Below are positions 1-9,900 of a stretch of 41,048 nucleotides of DNA, in pieces. The DNA is from a virus (taxonomy: Duplodnaviria > Caudoviricetes): positions 1 through 41,048 of IMG/VR virus record IMGVR_UViG_3300032301_000472, one strand, 5' to 3'. Position 1 is the first letter of the stretch, and the number at the start of each line of letters is the position of its first letter. Made by a program: the position numbers and the translations under genes. A model generated the notes under the pieces. It ran no database searches. It was not told the origin of the DNA and saw only the letters and a list, made by a program, of their open reading frames with translations.

Positions 1-198
1 GGGGGTAGAACTCTTAACCTGACCCCCACTGAATAACCCGTCCCCCTCTGGGGAGGGGGTATGGGGGAGGGGATTTGCAAGCAAGAACTTCTGGTATCGC
101 TTCTGGGCCTGGTCCTTGGTCAAACCAAGTTGCTGGCCGATTGCGGAAAATGAGAAACCCTCAGAACGCAGGGCGTGGATGTCTTGTTCAAGACCCAT
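1..198 (-). CDS. Partial ORF running off the window start; N-terminal helix-turn-helix-like segment, probably the 5' part of the metallophosphoesterase gene at the other window end
   Basis: Manual translation: MGLEQDIHALRSEGFSFSAIGQQLGLTKDQAQKRYQKF..., with GGAG upstream of ATG 198 and no stop before position 1. Not in the ORF track. Confidence 0.6.
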   Translation of the reverse strand, partial: MGLEQDIHALRSEGFSFSAIGQQLGLTKDQAQKRYQKFLLANPLPHTPSPEGDGLFSGGQVKSSTP

Positions 199-207
199 TT
201 TCATCTC

Positions 208-450
208 CTAGGAACCTGAGGTCAGGCTCACAATCAGGGTGGCAATGATGCCTACAGCAGACACCAAGATACCCAGTTTCCATTGTACACCCAACTCGGT
301 GTCCCTACCAACTGCGCGGATGGCTGACGCCTTGGCCTGGTCGACCTCGACGGCGCGTAGGCGGCGCTCGATATGATCAAGCCGATTAGAGATCTCCTCA
401 CGAAGCCCGTCTACAGCAGCCAGCAAGGTGTTAAACTGAGATTGGGTCAT
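208..450 (-). CDS. Small coiled-coil protein with C-terminal transmembrane helix (holin/XhlA-like architecture)
   Basis: Heptad-like LREEISNRLDHIERRLRAVE, then hydrophobic LGILVSAVGIIATLIVSL; located at the end of the tail genes. Confidence 0.55.
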   Translation of the reverse strand: MTQSQFNTLLAAVDGLREEISNRLDHIERRLRAVEVDQAKASAIRAVGRDTELGVQWKLGILVSAVGIIATLIVSLTSGS

Positions 451-457
451 GTTTTTC

Positions 458-2401
458 CTACCTACTTGGCGGCGCAGTGAAGGCTGCCGCGAATGCTGAC
501 CCCTGGATTAGATCTAGTTCCGTGCGCTCGTGTCCGTCCGATTCTCCAAACCAGCGGACGCCCGCGATCACAAACGGCTCGTCGATGTCCACCAAGCCAC
601 GATTGATCGTGACTCGAATCGAGTCGCCCACGTCCCATCCGCTCCATAGGTCAACACCGTCAACAACGACGGCAAGGCCCACCTGCTTGGAGTTGGCTGG
701 TTTGTACGAATTTAGTAAGCGGGTGGCTTGGTTCTGTGCCGCTTCTGCGTTAACGAATCCTCCTTGCGCCGCAACGAGCGGCAATCGTCCATACAAGTTC
801 AGGCTTGCCGAGTCCGAGGCCGTGGCGCCGATAATCTGCGCCCCTTCTGATCCCTGTACCGTGGCACCGCTGAGGTACCGTTCTGTTGGAATGATCGTGA
901 TGTCGTTGCGGACCTTGCTAAACCCAGGGGTAAACGAGAAGGCTCGGATGTTCTCTGGGTAACGCAAGGCAAAGGCCGTGCTGGCAGCGCTTGATACAGA
1001 CATATTCAACTTGAAATTACCAGCATATGTGGCGCCACCAGTTGGCTTGTTAATTCCAAAGACAACCTTGCTTCCATCTGTCTTTGCGCCCATCTCTATG
1101 TCTGCGAGGTCGCCGATGTAGTTAACGACAGGCTGTCCAGCGCTATATGTGATATGGGTAGTCTGCGTCGATCCACTAACGGAAAGCGTGGCGTACCGAA
1201 TACGAGAAAAGTTGCTGGCTGTTTGGGCGTTGGTAAACACCCTTGAGACAATCACCGAGAGGTTCTCAGTTCCCTGACCAAGCGTTACCTCTGGCATTTG
1301 AACACCCGCAAGCGTTCCATACCAGATTGGATACCCCTGAGCATTGCTCGTCGCGCCAGAATCGGTACGGTGGATAGCGCCGTAGATTTGGAATGAGTAT
1401 GTCAACCCTTTACGCAGCGCCCAACCAGTGAGGGTTCCAGTGGTGTAGTTGCTTGCCGAGACCCCAGTTACGGAAATCGTGTCTGGCATCGCTGTTTCGA
1501 TTAGCGCGGTGCTGGCACCAAGTGCAATCAGCGCAGTGCGAAGTTCCTGCTTTGCCTCGTAGGGAAACAACTCAACGACACGGTTTGTCACCGCAAACTT
1601 TGATGTACCGCTTGATCCGTCTGCTGGAACGCTGAACTCAGCCATCTTGCCAAACTCGCCAATAGGGGGAACCCCAGAATCCACCGAACCAGGGGGCGAA
1701 GCGTTGATCCTAAATCGCCATTGCGGTGTGGTGAGGAACGCGGTGGTTGTAGGGGCGATCCATACGGCACTATACGTAATCTTAAAATAGGGGGTAAGGA
1801 CGCTTGCGGTTTTTGAGTCGGCAACGATGGTCTTTGTTGTTTGAGCAAAAGCCTCTACGCTGGCAGAGGAAATCTTAATGTTGGCATCTCCGAGGTAATC
1901 GTAATAGGCGTTTCCAGTTGTATCGTAAACCGCGCCGTTGATATTATCTTTTCCAATCGTTCCGTCAGTCTGGTTGAACGCTGTAGGGATAGACATTGTG
2001 GCAATGTTTGGGTTAAGCGGCGTAGAGGAAGAAAACGTAATGTTGCTGAGTGGCGTAAAGATCTGGTTCATCACAGCCATGTAGTCGATACCGCTGAACG
2101 TTGTTTGGTATTCGGTGACGTTGTAATCGTCTAAGATTCCAGCGGCGACAAACTCCCAGCGGCTGCGTGCAAGCGACCATCGGGAAATCTCGTAGTGTGT
2201 TTCCAACGGGGTAAACTTGCTGATCTGGGGATGATCATTGTTTAGCGTCCAATAAGCAGATCCGACATCGTTAGCGTTCTCTTGAACACCAACGGACATG
2301 GCATCGTAGACCACGGCCTTGGCGCTAGAATCTCTCCAGCCCGTACTTGTGTCTAGTTGCCAAAGGGTAATTCGGAACTTCTTTTGATCGCTCAAAGCCA
2401 A
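458..2401 (-). CDS. Minor tail/baseplate hub-like protein
   Basis: 647 aa, Ser/Thr/Gly-rich; C-terminal 'WDVGDSIRV...VIAGVRW' pattern typical of tail hub proteins; follows a Dit-like gene. Confidence 0.6.
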   Translation of the reverse strand: MALSDQKKFRITLWQLDTSTGWRDSSAKAVVYDAMSVGVQENANDVGSAYWTLNNDHPQISKFTPLETHYEISRWSLARSRWEFVAAGILDDYNVTEYQTTFSGIDYMAVMNQIFTPLSNITFSSSTPLNPNIATMSIPTAFNQTDGTIGKDNINGAVYDTTGNAYYDYLGDANIKISSASVEAFAQTTKTIVADSKTASVLTPYFKITYSAVWIAPTTTAFLTTPQWRFRINASPPGSVDSGVPPIGEFGKMAEFSVPADGSSGTSKFAVTNRVVELFPYEAKQELRTALIALGASTALIETAMPDTISVTGVSASNYTTGTLTGWALRKGLTYSFQIYGAIHRTDSGATSNAQGYPIWYGTLAGVQMPEVTLGQGTENLSVIVSRVFTNAQTASNFSRIRYATLSVSGSTQTTHITYSAGQPVVNYIGDLADIEMGAKTDGSKVVFGINKPTGGATYAGNFKLNMSVSSAASTAFALRYPENIRAFSFTPGFSKVRNDITIIPTERYLSGATVQGSEGAQIIGATASDSASLNLYGRLPLVAAQGGFVNAEAAQNQATRLLNSYKPANSKQVGLAVVVDGVDLWSGWDVGDSIRVTINRGLVDIDEPFVIAGVRWFGESDGHERTELDLIQGSAFAAAFTAPPSR

Positions 2402-3291
2402 GCCTCCTTGTATGCAAGAGAAACCGTAGTGGACGTAAGTGCCAAGACCGTTACCGTCGTGTTTCCCGTAATCATGTACGGCAAGATGGTCGTCGTGGCA
2501 AGGACGAGGTCCATGCGCAAAGTGCTGCCTACAGTAACCGTGCGATCATCACCATTAATTTTTACAGTCGTATTTGCTGGGATCACTAACGACGTGGTGA
2601 ACAGGCTTGTCCTAATGGTTGCCGTCTGCGTGCTGGCACTTGTACTAACAAATGTTACGTCTGGGTAGATGTTGTAGTTTCCGTCGTTTGTTACAGTGGT
2701 AGTCGTCGACGTTGAAGCCGATACGTTGAGCGAGGAAGTCCGAGTAGCCTGCGACAGTCTACGCGGGTCTTTAGAAAATAAAGTGACCAAGGCGCGGGTC
2801 GAGACGCCTCGGTCACTTGTTTGTGGTGTAACCATGTCGTTGTTCAACTGGTACGATGGGAGCGACGTTGGTCTGACTTTCATCAACAAGTTGAGCAGGC
2901 CAGTAGTATTGTTGGACGTGGTGATAGCGGTTGGTTGAACGAAACGCAACTCTCGGAATCCGTCGTCGGATGTGGCGTAGGATGGGTATGGGCGCATAGC
3001 CCCGTTGAGGCCGTTCAGTTTGTCGTAGAAGTCCGCTAGGCTGGAGCCGTACACCTGGACAACCATCTGAATCTGACGCGGACCAAGCAAGGCGATGTCC
3101 GCCTCAGAGCCGTCTCGCTGTGCCTGGCTTTCGGTAAAGCCGCTAATATTAGCGTTGGCGTACGAGACGTTTTCTACTAGGTAGCCAGAGAATGGCGTAC
3201 CCACTGTCGGAGCAGCCGTGATGCTGTTAAGATTGACGAACGCGCTCGTCGCAGTGCCAGTCGCGATCTGGATCGCTTTGCTAAAGTCCAT
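2392..3291 (-). CDS. Distal-tail (Dit)-like protein; probable start MDFSK at 3291
   Basis: 'LGPRQIQMVV', 'LFSKDPRR', 'VTNDGNYNIYP', 'GNTTVTV' and terminal 'AYKEAWL' match the Dit-like pattern; ATG lies just after the upstream stop at 3294. Confidence 0.6.
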   Translation of the reverse strand: MDFSKAIQIATGTATSAFVNLNSITAAPTVGTPFSGYLVENVSYANANISGFTESQAQRDGSEADIALLGPRQIQMVVQVYGSSLADFYDKLNGLNGAMRPYPSYATSDDGFRELRFVQPTAITTSNNTTGLLNLLMKVRPTSLPSYQLNNDMVTPQTSDRGVSTRALVTLFSKDPRRLSQATRTSSLNVSASTSTTTTVTNDGNYNIYPDVTFVSTSASTQTATIRTSLFTTSLVIPANTTVKINGDDRTVTVGSTLRMDLVLATTTILPYMITGNTTVTVLALTSTTVSLAYKEAWL

Positions 3292-3293
3292 GG

Positions 3294-3938
3294 TTAACCG
3301 TTCTTTCGGAAGCGGCGGATGCGATTCTTCTCCTGGCGCCAACGCTGCTGGGCGCTCATGGCAAGGTTGTTCATGCCAAGTGCGGTGACGTCTGAGTTGC
3401 CAGATCCCACCTGCCACTGCTGGAATTGTGCTCGGTCAAACGTAAGCATCGACAGTGATTCTGCCTCAACGAACACCTTGACTGCGTTCGCAGCGGTGAC
3501 GTCCAGGTTGGTAATGGAGGTTGTCTGTGCGGTGTTGATCTGCGTCCAGTCTCCGTAGCCAAAGATCTTTAGGGTTCCCTGACCGACAGCGAGGGTGTAA
3601 CGCGTCGGCAGGTACAAGACACCACCGTGGATTTCCCACCCAGAGTCTGGTCCTTCGCCGTTTGCTGGGTAAACTGTCTCTCGGTACTTTGAGTCGTTAT
3701 CGTAAACGTCCACTCGGATTGGCCAGGACACGTTAGTTAGGGCAACGGTGAACGCAGATCCGTTGATTGGCTGCGTAAACGCAACCGAGTCGATGGTCTC
3801 GCTTGGGTACACGCCGCCGATGGCGTCAATGCCACGGTTAATCAGTTCGCCAATTTGGGCGTCTGACCACGTCGTTCCGTTAGGGTCACGGAGCGACAGC
3901 CTCAGCGAGGTGAGAAGGCTTGAAAATGTGGTGCTCAT
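3294..3938 (-). CDS. Head-tail adaptor/connector protein
   Basis: N-terminal 'LRLSLRDP...WSDAQIGELINRG' is typical of phage adaptor proteins; lies downstream of the capsid gene. Confidence 0.6.
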   Translation of the reverse strand: MSTTFSSLLTSLRLSLRDPNGTTWSDAQIGELINRGIDAIGGVYPSETIDSVAFTQPINGSAFTVALTNVSWPIRVDVYDNDSKYRETVYPANGEGPDSGWEIHGGVLYLPTRYTLAVGQGTLKIFGYGDWTQINTAQTTSITNLDVTAANAVKVFVEAESLSMLTFDRAQFQQWQVGSGNSDVTALGMNNLAMSAQQRWRQEKNRIRRFRKNG

Positions 3939-5167
3939 GCGATCTTGGCTCCTTTTCCTTTATTCTCGGCTGCCCATTTGAAGGCGTCAGCCCATTCCTT
4001 TGCTCGATCCTTGTAGTGGTATTCCTTGAGGACTCGCTCTCGTGCGGACCCAGCCAGTTGCTCTCGCAGATCCTTGCTGCGTGTTAGTTTCTTCATCGCT
4101 TCGTACCACTCGCCACGACCACGGGCAAGGAGTCCGTCGACTCCGTCTCGAACAACCTCGTAAGGTCCACCGTTACGCATTCGTTCTCCGATGAACGCAC
4201 CGCCAACCATGGCGTATTCCAGCCAGTGAAGTTCTGACTTGGCTTGGTCGAAGACGTCACCCATAAGCGGCGCAATGCCGATGTCTGGGTGGCTGTTTGC
4301 AAGCGTCTCGCAGAACTTAGCGATACCCTCTACGTAGAGAACCTGCTCGTCGAAGAGGGGAGCAATAAAGTGTTCGGTTCCAGGATTGGTTCCAATGAAG
4401 ACGCGAGTCATCTCTTTCTTGAGATCCTCTACGGCCTTTCCAGCGTATCCGCCGATAATCTTTCCGCGTGGACCTTCTGGGTATCCAGCGTAGTCGCGGA
4501 TGCGAGCGGTGCTACCGTAGTACACCATTCGTGGCTTGTCGCCCGCTGGGCGTTCGGTGGTTGCCTTGTAGAGTTCTGGGTCAATGGCGTTGCGGATGAC
4601 CCTAATGTTGTCGTTGAATCTCGAATAACGATTGCCAATGACATCCGTTGACGTCGTTACCAAGTCGGCACGCTTGGCCATCTCCTCAATCATCACCAGT
4701 TCTGGAATAACGTCTTTCTTGTATCCGTTCCAGTCCTTGATGTTGAAATGGTCGTCGTCAGTTTCGTAGACAATTGCCTTGTCGTGGGCAGCAAATCTAA
4801 ATGCTGGCCAGAGGAGCCGCGTAATAAGATCGCGCTCTTTCCATCCGTGTGGGTGGTCAATGGCTTCTTGGTATGAGAATGTGACAAACGGACAAGTTTC
4901 TTCTTTGCAGCAAAGCGTAGTGTTGTAGTACCTGCGGAAGACGACGACGTCAGCCCAGTCAACTTCCGTAGAATCAAATTCGATGAAGCCCTTGTTGAAC
5001 GCCTCTGGCATTAGCATTTTTTCGCCGCCAGGCTTCACGTTGAAGTTGACTTTATTTAGACCCCTGTATTCGACTCCGAGTTTCTTGAGTTCCTCGGTGA
5101 ACTGGTGCCCACGGAAGTAGGCGCAAGGACCGTCCTCGACGTGTCCCCAAACTAGGACTTTCAGCAT
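3935..5167 (-). CDS. Glycosyltransferase (GT-B fold, GT4-like)
   Basis: 'ADVVVFRR', 'VYETDDD', 'ADLVTTST', 'VIRNAID', 'DIGIAPL...AKSELHWLEYAMVG', 'VRDGVDGLL'. Confidence 0.85.
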   Translation of the reverse strand: MLKVLVWGHVEDGPCAYFRGHQFTEELKKLGVEYRGLNKVNFNVKPGGEKMLMPEAFNKGFIEFDSTEVDWADVVVFRRYYNTTLCCKEETCPFVTFSYQEAIDHPHGWKERDLITRLLWPAFRFAAHDKAIVYETDDDHFNIKDWNGYKKDVIPELVMIEEMAKRADLVTTSTDVIGNRYSRFNDNIRVIRNAIDPELYKATTERPAGDKPRMVYYGSTARIRDYAGYPEGPRGKIIGGYAGKAVEDLKKEMTRVFIGTNPGTEHFIAPLFDEQVLYVEGIAKFCETLANSHPDIGIAPLMGDVFDQAKSELHWLEYAMVGGAFIGERMRNGGPYEVVRDGVDGLLARGRGEWYEAMKKLTRSKDLREQLAGSARERVLKEYHYKDRAKEWADAFKWAAENKGKGAKIA

Positions 5168-5259
5168 ATTCGACCCCCTGGGGGTATCTAGGTACCACCC
5201 TGACCCTTTTCGAGGCTCCTTGCTCGTCTGGCAGGCCTCTCCGTTGATTCTAGCAGGGC

Positions 5260-5291
5260 TCCCCCGCCCAGTCCATAGGACCAGGCGGGGG
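5260..5291 (-). terminator. GC-rich hairpin just downstream of the capsid gene (terminator or processing/stability hairpin)
   Basis: CCCCCGCC...GTCC ATA GGAC...GGCGGGGG inverted repeat; no clear U-tract on the minus strand. Confidence 0.4.
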
Positions 5292-5309
5292 TTTCGGCGC
5301 CCTAGCCGA

Positions 5310-6281
5310 TTAGACTCCGACCGTAGCCTGGGTCTTAACGATGCGGTAGCGAGCGCCTGCCTCGTCTAGGAGGAGGGAGCCGAAGCGCATCTTGTAACCG
5401 ACCAACGCCTTCTGTGCGAGTGGGTCGGTGTGGTCACCACCAGGCGCAACGAAGTACGACTGGAGGGTCTGGCTGTCGCCAATTGCGTAGGCGTCAGGAC
5501 CAAGGAAAGTTGCGGCGTACACGTTGCCTGACGAAGCGCCAGCGGTCGCGTAGACCTTGGCGTCCGAAGACACGATGAAGCGCACGCCAGCGAACATACC
5601 AATCTCGCCCGTGAGCAGGTTGGTGTTGTCCACGTACTTGCGCGACTCAATCCAGCCGTTTACAGCGGTATCGCTAATCAAGTCATACTCCTGTGAAGGA
5701 TGGATGATTGCGCGATACGTGCCATCAGCGAACTGAGGAACGTTGGCACCCTTAAGTCGAGCAACGATCTGCTTGACGAAGGCACCGTTCAGGAGGCCAG
5801 CAGCAGCAACTGAACTGTTGGCGGCGTTCTGGGTCAGCGTGCCCGAAGCGGTAGCACCAAAGACAGCGCTCGTAACAGCGGTGCTGTGGATGTTATCGCG
5901 GACGATCTGGTCCATCGAGCGAACTGCCTGATACGCTACACGCTCGGCAGCAATGCTGACGAGGTCATGTGGCGAATCAATGTTGGCCAGGTCGGAGATT
6001 GCGACCGTCGCGCCGTACTGCACAGCAGTAAAGAACTCGGACGAAATCGTCAGTTCCTGGTCAGTAGGTGGGGCGCCTTCCGTAAGCGGCGTCGTGTTGA
6101 CCGCGAGGTCAGCGTAACGAGCGTAGCGGAGGGTGTTCGTGCCCTTAATGAAGCGAGCAGGGACGTAAAGCCCTGGCATCGCGTGTACAGCACGTGCGCG
6201 AAGTTCCTCGAGCGCTCGGGCAGAAACAAGTTCCTGTACGAGTCCCGCGAAATTCGTTGTGCTGGTCGTTGTGGTAGCCAT
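5310..6281 (-). CDS. Major capsid protein (N4-gp56 family-like, HK97 fold)
   Basis: 'PLTEG', 'QYGATVAISD', 'AIIHPSQEYDL', 'GEIGMFAGVRFIVS', 'DPLAQKALVGYK'. Confidence 0.9.
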   Translation of the reverse strand: MATTTTSTTNFAGLVQELVSARALEELRARAVHAMPGLYVPARFIKGTNTLRYARYADLAVNTTPLTEGAPPTDQELTISSEFFTAVQYGATVAISDLANIDSPHDLVSIAAERVAYQAVRSMDQIVRDNIHSTAVTSAVFGATASGTLTQNAANSSVAAAGLLNGAFVKQIVARLKGANVPQFADGTYRAIIHPSQEYDLISDTAVNGWIESRKYVDNTNLLTGEIGMFAGVRFIVSSDAKVYATAGASSGNVYAATFLGPDAYAIGDSQTLQSYFVAPGGDHTDPLAQKALVGYKMRFGSLLLDEAGARYRIVKTQATVGV

Positions 6282-6294
6282 TTATGCTACTCCT

Positions 6295-6849
6295 TTACTC
6301 AGCGAATGGATTTCCCAGTTCCGCGAGTTTCTCTTTGATACTCTTGGAATCGGGCTTGACAATTGGCGCAGCGGTTGCCCGTCGCGCATTATTTGGATCC
6401 ACTGGCGCTGGCTCCGACTCGACAGGTTCAGCGGACACGGCAGCAGCGTCACGGATAAATTGCTCAAGCGCAGCGATGCGTGAGACTTCATCCAGACCGC
6501 TTGTGTCTTTCTGGAACTGATGGGCGAGTGGGAACTCCTTTGCTAGGCGCTCCTCGCGTGCCGCAGCCTCAACAGCAGCAGCCTTCGATTCAAGTTCTCG
6601 AATACGCGCCTGCGCCTTCTCAAACTCAGTCATCGATGACTGTTCCTGCTCAGCCTTCCAGCGAGCGAGTTCCGCAGCCTGGGACTTGAGGTCATCAAGT
6701 TCCTTCTTGGTCGCGGTGAGTGCCTGATCCTTACCTGCTAGGCGCTTCTTCCAAGTGGTGACGTCACCCTCGTTCTCAGTGGTCGTGGCAACCTCGGGGG
6801 CTACCTCAGGCGACTGGACTTCGGTGCTGTTCACGACTTCTTCAGCCAC
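6295..6849 (-). CDS. Capsid scaffolding protein
   Basis: Acidic N-terminus, long coiled coil, directly upstream of the capsid gene. Confidence 0.7.
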   Translation of the reverse strand: MAEEVVNSTEVQSPEVAPEVATTTENEGDVTTWKKRLAGKDQALTATKKELDDLKSQAAELARWKAEQEQSSMTEFEKAQARIRELESKAAAVEAAAREERLAKEFPLAHQFQKDTSGLDEVSRIAALEQFIRDAAAVSAEPVESEPAPVDPNNARRATAAPIVKPDSKSIKEKLAELGNPFAE

Positions 6850-6900
6850 AGCATTTCTCCTTTTCTACAACCCACCCCAACACAGTGTCGGGGACTTTAT

Positions 6901-9900
6901 TTACGGATTAAAGAACCTATTGACGTCCAACTGGATGTCCTCTAGGTCGTTCTCGACGGCATCTCCAAATGCACCAACTCCACCAAGGAGTGCGCCACCC
7001 TGGCCAAGAACGGTACCGCGAATGACGGTCTCGCCAATAAGTTCAGGGATTTGGGAAATTTGGGCAAAGTCGAGCGGCTGGTTGCGCTGCGCTGGCTCAA
7101 GGACGCCCTTGCGGAGCCAGTACGGAGCGGCGAAGCCCAGGTTTGTGGGCGTCGCGGGAACCATGATGTTCAAAGCATACCACAAAGGTCGTGCCTCTGC
7201 GACGGATGTCATGAACCCACGGTCTGTGTTTGCATCAACGATTAGAGCCTCTTGTAGGCGCATGGCATTGATGTACCCAAATCCAGGTCGGACGTGTCCA
7301 GCGATCTTTGGCGCGAACATCATTTTGAGCATCCACGGGATCGCCTTCTGCGTCATGTACGAATACGGGTAGATTCCAAGGAACGGATGGTTGATCGAAC
7401 GCTCAAACCATGAGCGGTAGGAACTGAAGAACTGGTACTTGTTGGCACGTCGCGTGCCACGGATCATGGCGTCAGTAAAGACACCGTGGGCGGCGGCTGC
7501 GATTTCTCGAGCCTTCGACTCAGGGATGCCAGACTCAGCAAGCGCCCTGCCCCATAGCCCGATGGTCGGGCCAGCATCGCGTCGGAGCACCGCAGCGAAC
7601 GCTTCTGGGCTAGACTGGATCATGCCGTCCTCAAGGATGCGAGCCATGACGGTTCGACCATCAGTGAGGCCAGCCTCAGCGAACTGTTCGAATGTCTCTG
7701 GCATTGCCTTCTTAAGGAGGTCGTACATCTCGTTGACAGCCCACTCTGATGCCATGATGTCTCGGATCATCAATTTGTACTCTTCTGGGTTATTGATCGC
7801 CCAGACGCCGTCCTTAATCGCGCCCTTTGCCTTGAGCACTCGAGATACGGCATTGTTAAATGCTGGCTTTTCGCGTACTGCGGAAATTGCAGCGACTGCG
7901 GCTTTCTCCTGGTCATAGAACACGGACTCTGCGATTTCGTTAGTTACTGATCGGCTGTCCTCAGTCATTCGGCGTACCAACTTCGATGGCTTGTCGCCGA
8001 GGAACTCATCGACTTGATCGGCCTTGATCCTGTCGATCAAGCCCATCATCCTGGTTTCGATTGGCTCGAGGATCTGTCGGAAGAATGGGTTACCCTTACC
8101 GAATCGGAAGAGAGGGAACGCACGGTCGGTGACCGCACCCATGACGGGCCTCCACGCCTTGGCCCGACCGCTGAAACCAGGGAGTAGGCCAACGACGCTT
8201 ACGTCTCCAGCAGCAGCAGTGAAGAGGTCGGTGAGCGGATCATTGTTCTCGATGTACTTGAAGTACTCCGCGTCACCGAGCACCTCTCGGAAAATCGTCT
8301 GTACCTGATCGCGCTCGAACCACAAGCCGCGCATCGTGGTCTCCTTGCGTGCGGCAAGGTTGCCGACGCGGGCCAGGATGATCTCAGCCTCTCGTGCGGT
8401 GATCATGGTCTTCTTGGTAATGTCGGTGACGAATCGCTCGACGTAGTTCGTCCTGACCACGTCAGGTCCGTACTCGCGAGTCATGTTGTCCCTGAACTTG
8501 TCGAGGAATCCGCGACGCTTATTGACACCAGCGGTTACCTCGTCCAACTTGTTGATTGCCGTCGTATCAAGCAGGTCAACGAATGGCTGCGCTGAGGTCG
8601 CGATGCGAGTGCCGCCGAATCCATCGGACACACGAGTTGTGCGCTCGATGATGCCGCCCTTGGGGGCAACGCCGTATCGGTAGCCTCCAAGGGCAATGTC
8701 AGCCTGTCGGGCCTTGAAGCCATCTGGCAATAGCCGAGCCTCGGCCTCCGTGAGTTCTCGGACGGTAATCTCTGGGTGGTTTCGTACCCAGTCAACGATG
8801 TCGGCAGCAGAGCCGCCCTTATTCCACCAGACGGCAGCAACGTCATCGTACTTCTCGACGAGTTCGTCAGCGATTGGTCGGAGCGCGGATTCCAACTGAT
8901 CAGCACCAATGCGAGGCTTGCTCAGTTTCTCAATCTCGGCAGGGCTGATGTCTAGTGCGGATCGAGTGATCTTTGCGTTCTCCCGCTCTGCCCCGAGTCT
9001 ACCAAGCGGCGTGTCTAGGAAGTACTTGCCGTAGTCGTTGAGCCTGAATACCGACTGCTGCTGCGCTCGAGTACCAGCCTCGATTGCTTCCTGGACGCTG
9101 TCGTACTTGATCGAGACATCGATGTAGTACGTGTCGATCTTGGCGTCATCATAAAGCCCAATGTAGTGATTGTCGAGTGATAGTAGATCCTCGTTGCTCT
9201 TGAGGTACTTGCCAAGGACTTCTTTCTGGAACGCCTTGTCCGTAAGGAATCGCTCTCGGTCTGCACCCTTCAGGACAACGCTTCGACTCAGGAATGGTGA
9301 GTTCATGAACCCAAAGTCCTTGCCAGCAACCTGGACCGTGTTTCGGATTGGGTTGAACGTCGCGCCGTCGCCACGAACGACCACACCGTCGTCAATGCGC
9401 TGCGTCAGATCTACTGCGGCGTCATCGACCGAGCGGAGCGTTTCGCTACCGTCGGTCTCTCCAAGAATCATGCCAACGCGCTTGAGAACGGCGTCTCGTG
9501 CATTCTGGGTTAGGCTTCGTTCGCTGATGAGCGTAATGCGCGACCACGTGTCTGCATCTGGCAGCGGCTGTGGGCCGTTGTGGCTCAACATGCGATCAAA
9601 GACGTCACGCAGTTCTGGGTGAATCTGCTCGGTCTTGCTTACCTTGGACCAGAGATCTGCCATGAACTGACGGATCTTGCTGAATAGGTCGACTAGGCCA
9701 GGCGTTGGTGCCCGTCCAGTGTACATGTAGTTAGTAAAGTCCTTGGCAAACTTCTCTTCGAGTTCTGTGGTCCAGCCACCCTTGGCGCCGTAAACCTCGA
9801 GGACTACCTGCTGATCAACATCGGAAAGATGTCGTCGTCCGATGTGGCCGATCTCGTGGATCGCCGTCGTGACATCTGCGCCCTTAAAGAGTTCGATTGC

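Noticed and set aside
5255-5305. GCCGAAAC plus GC stem on the minus strand as a fifth hammerhead
   Set aside because: No UH after the stem and no CUGANGA nearby
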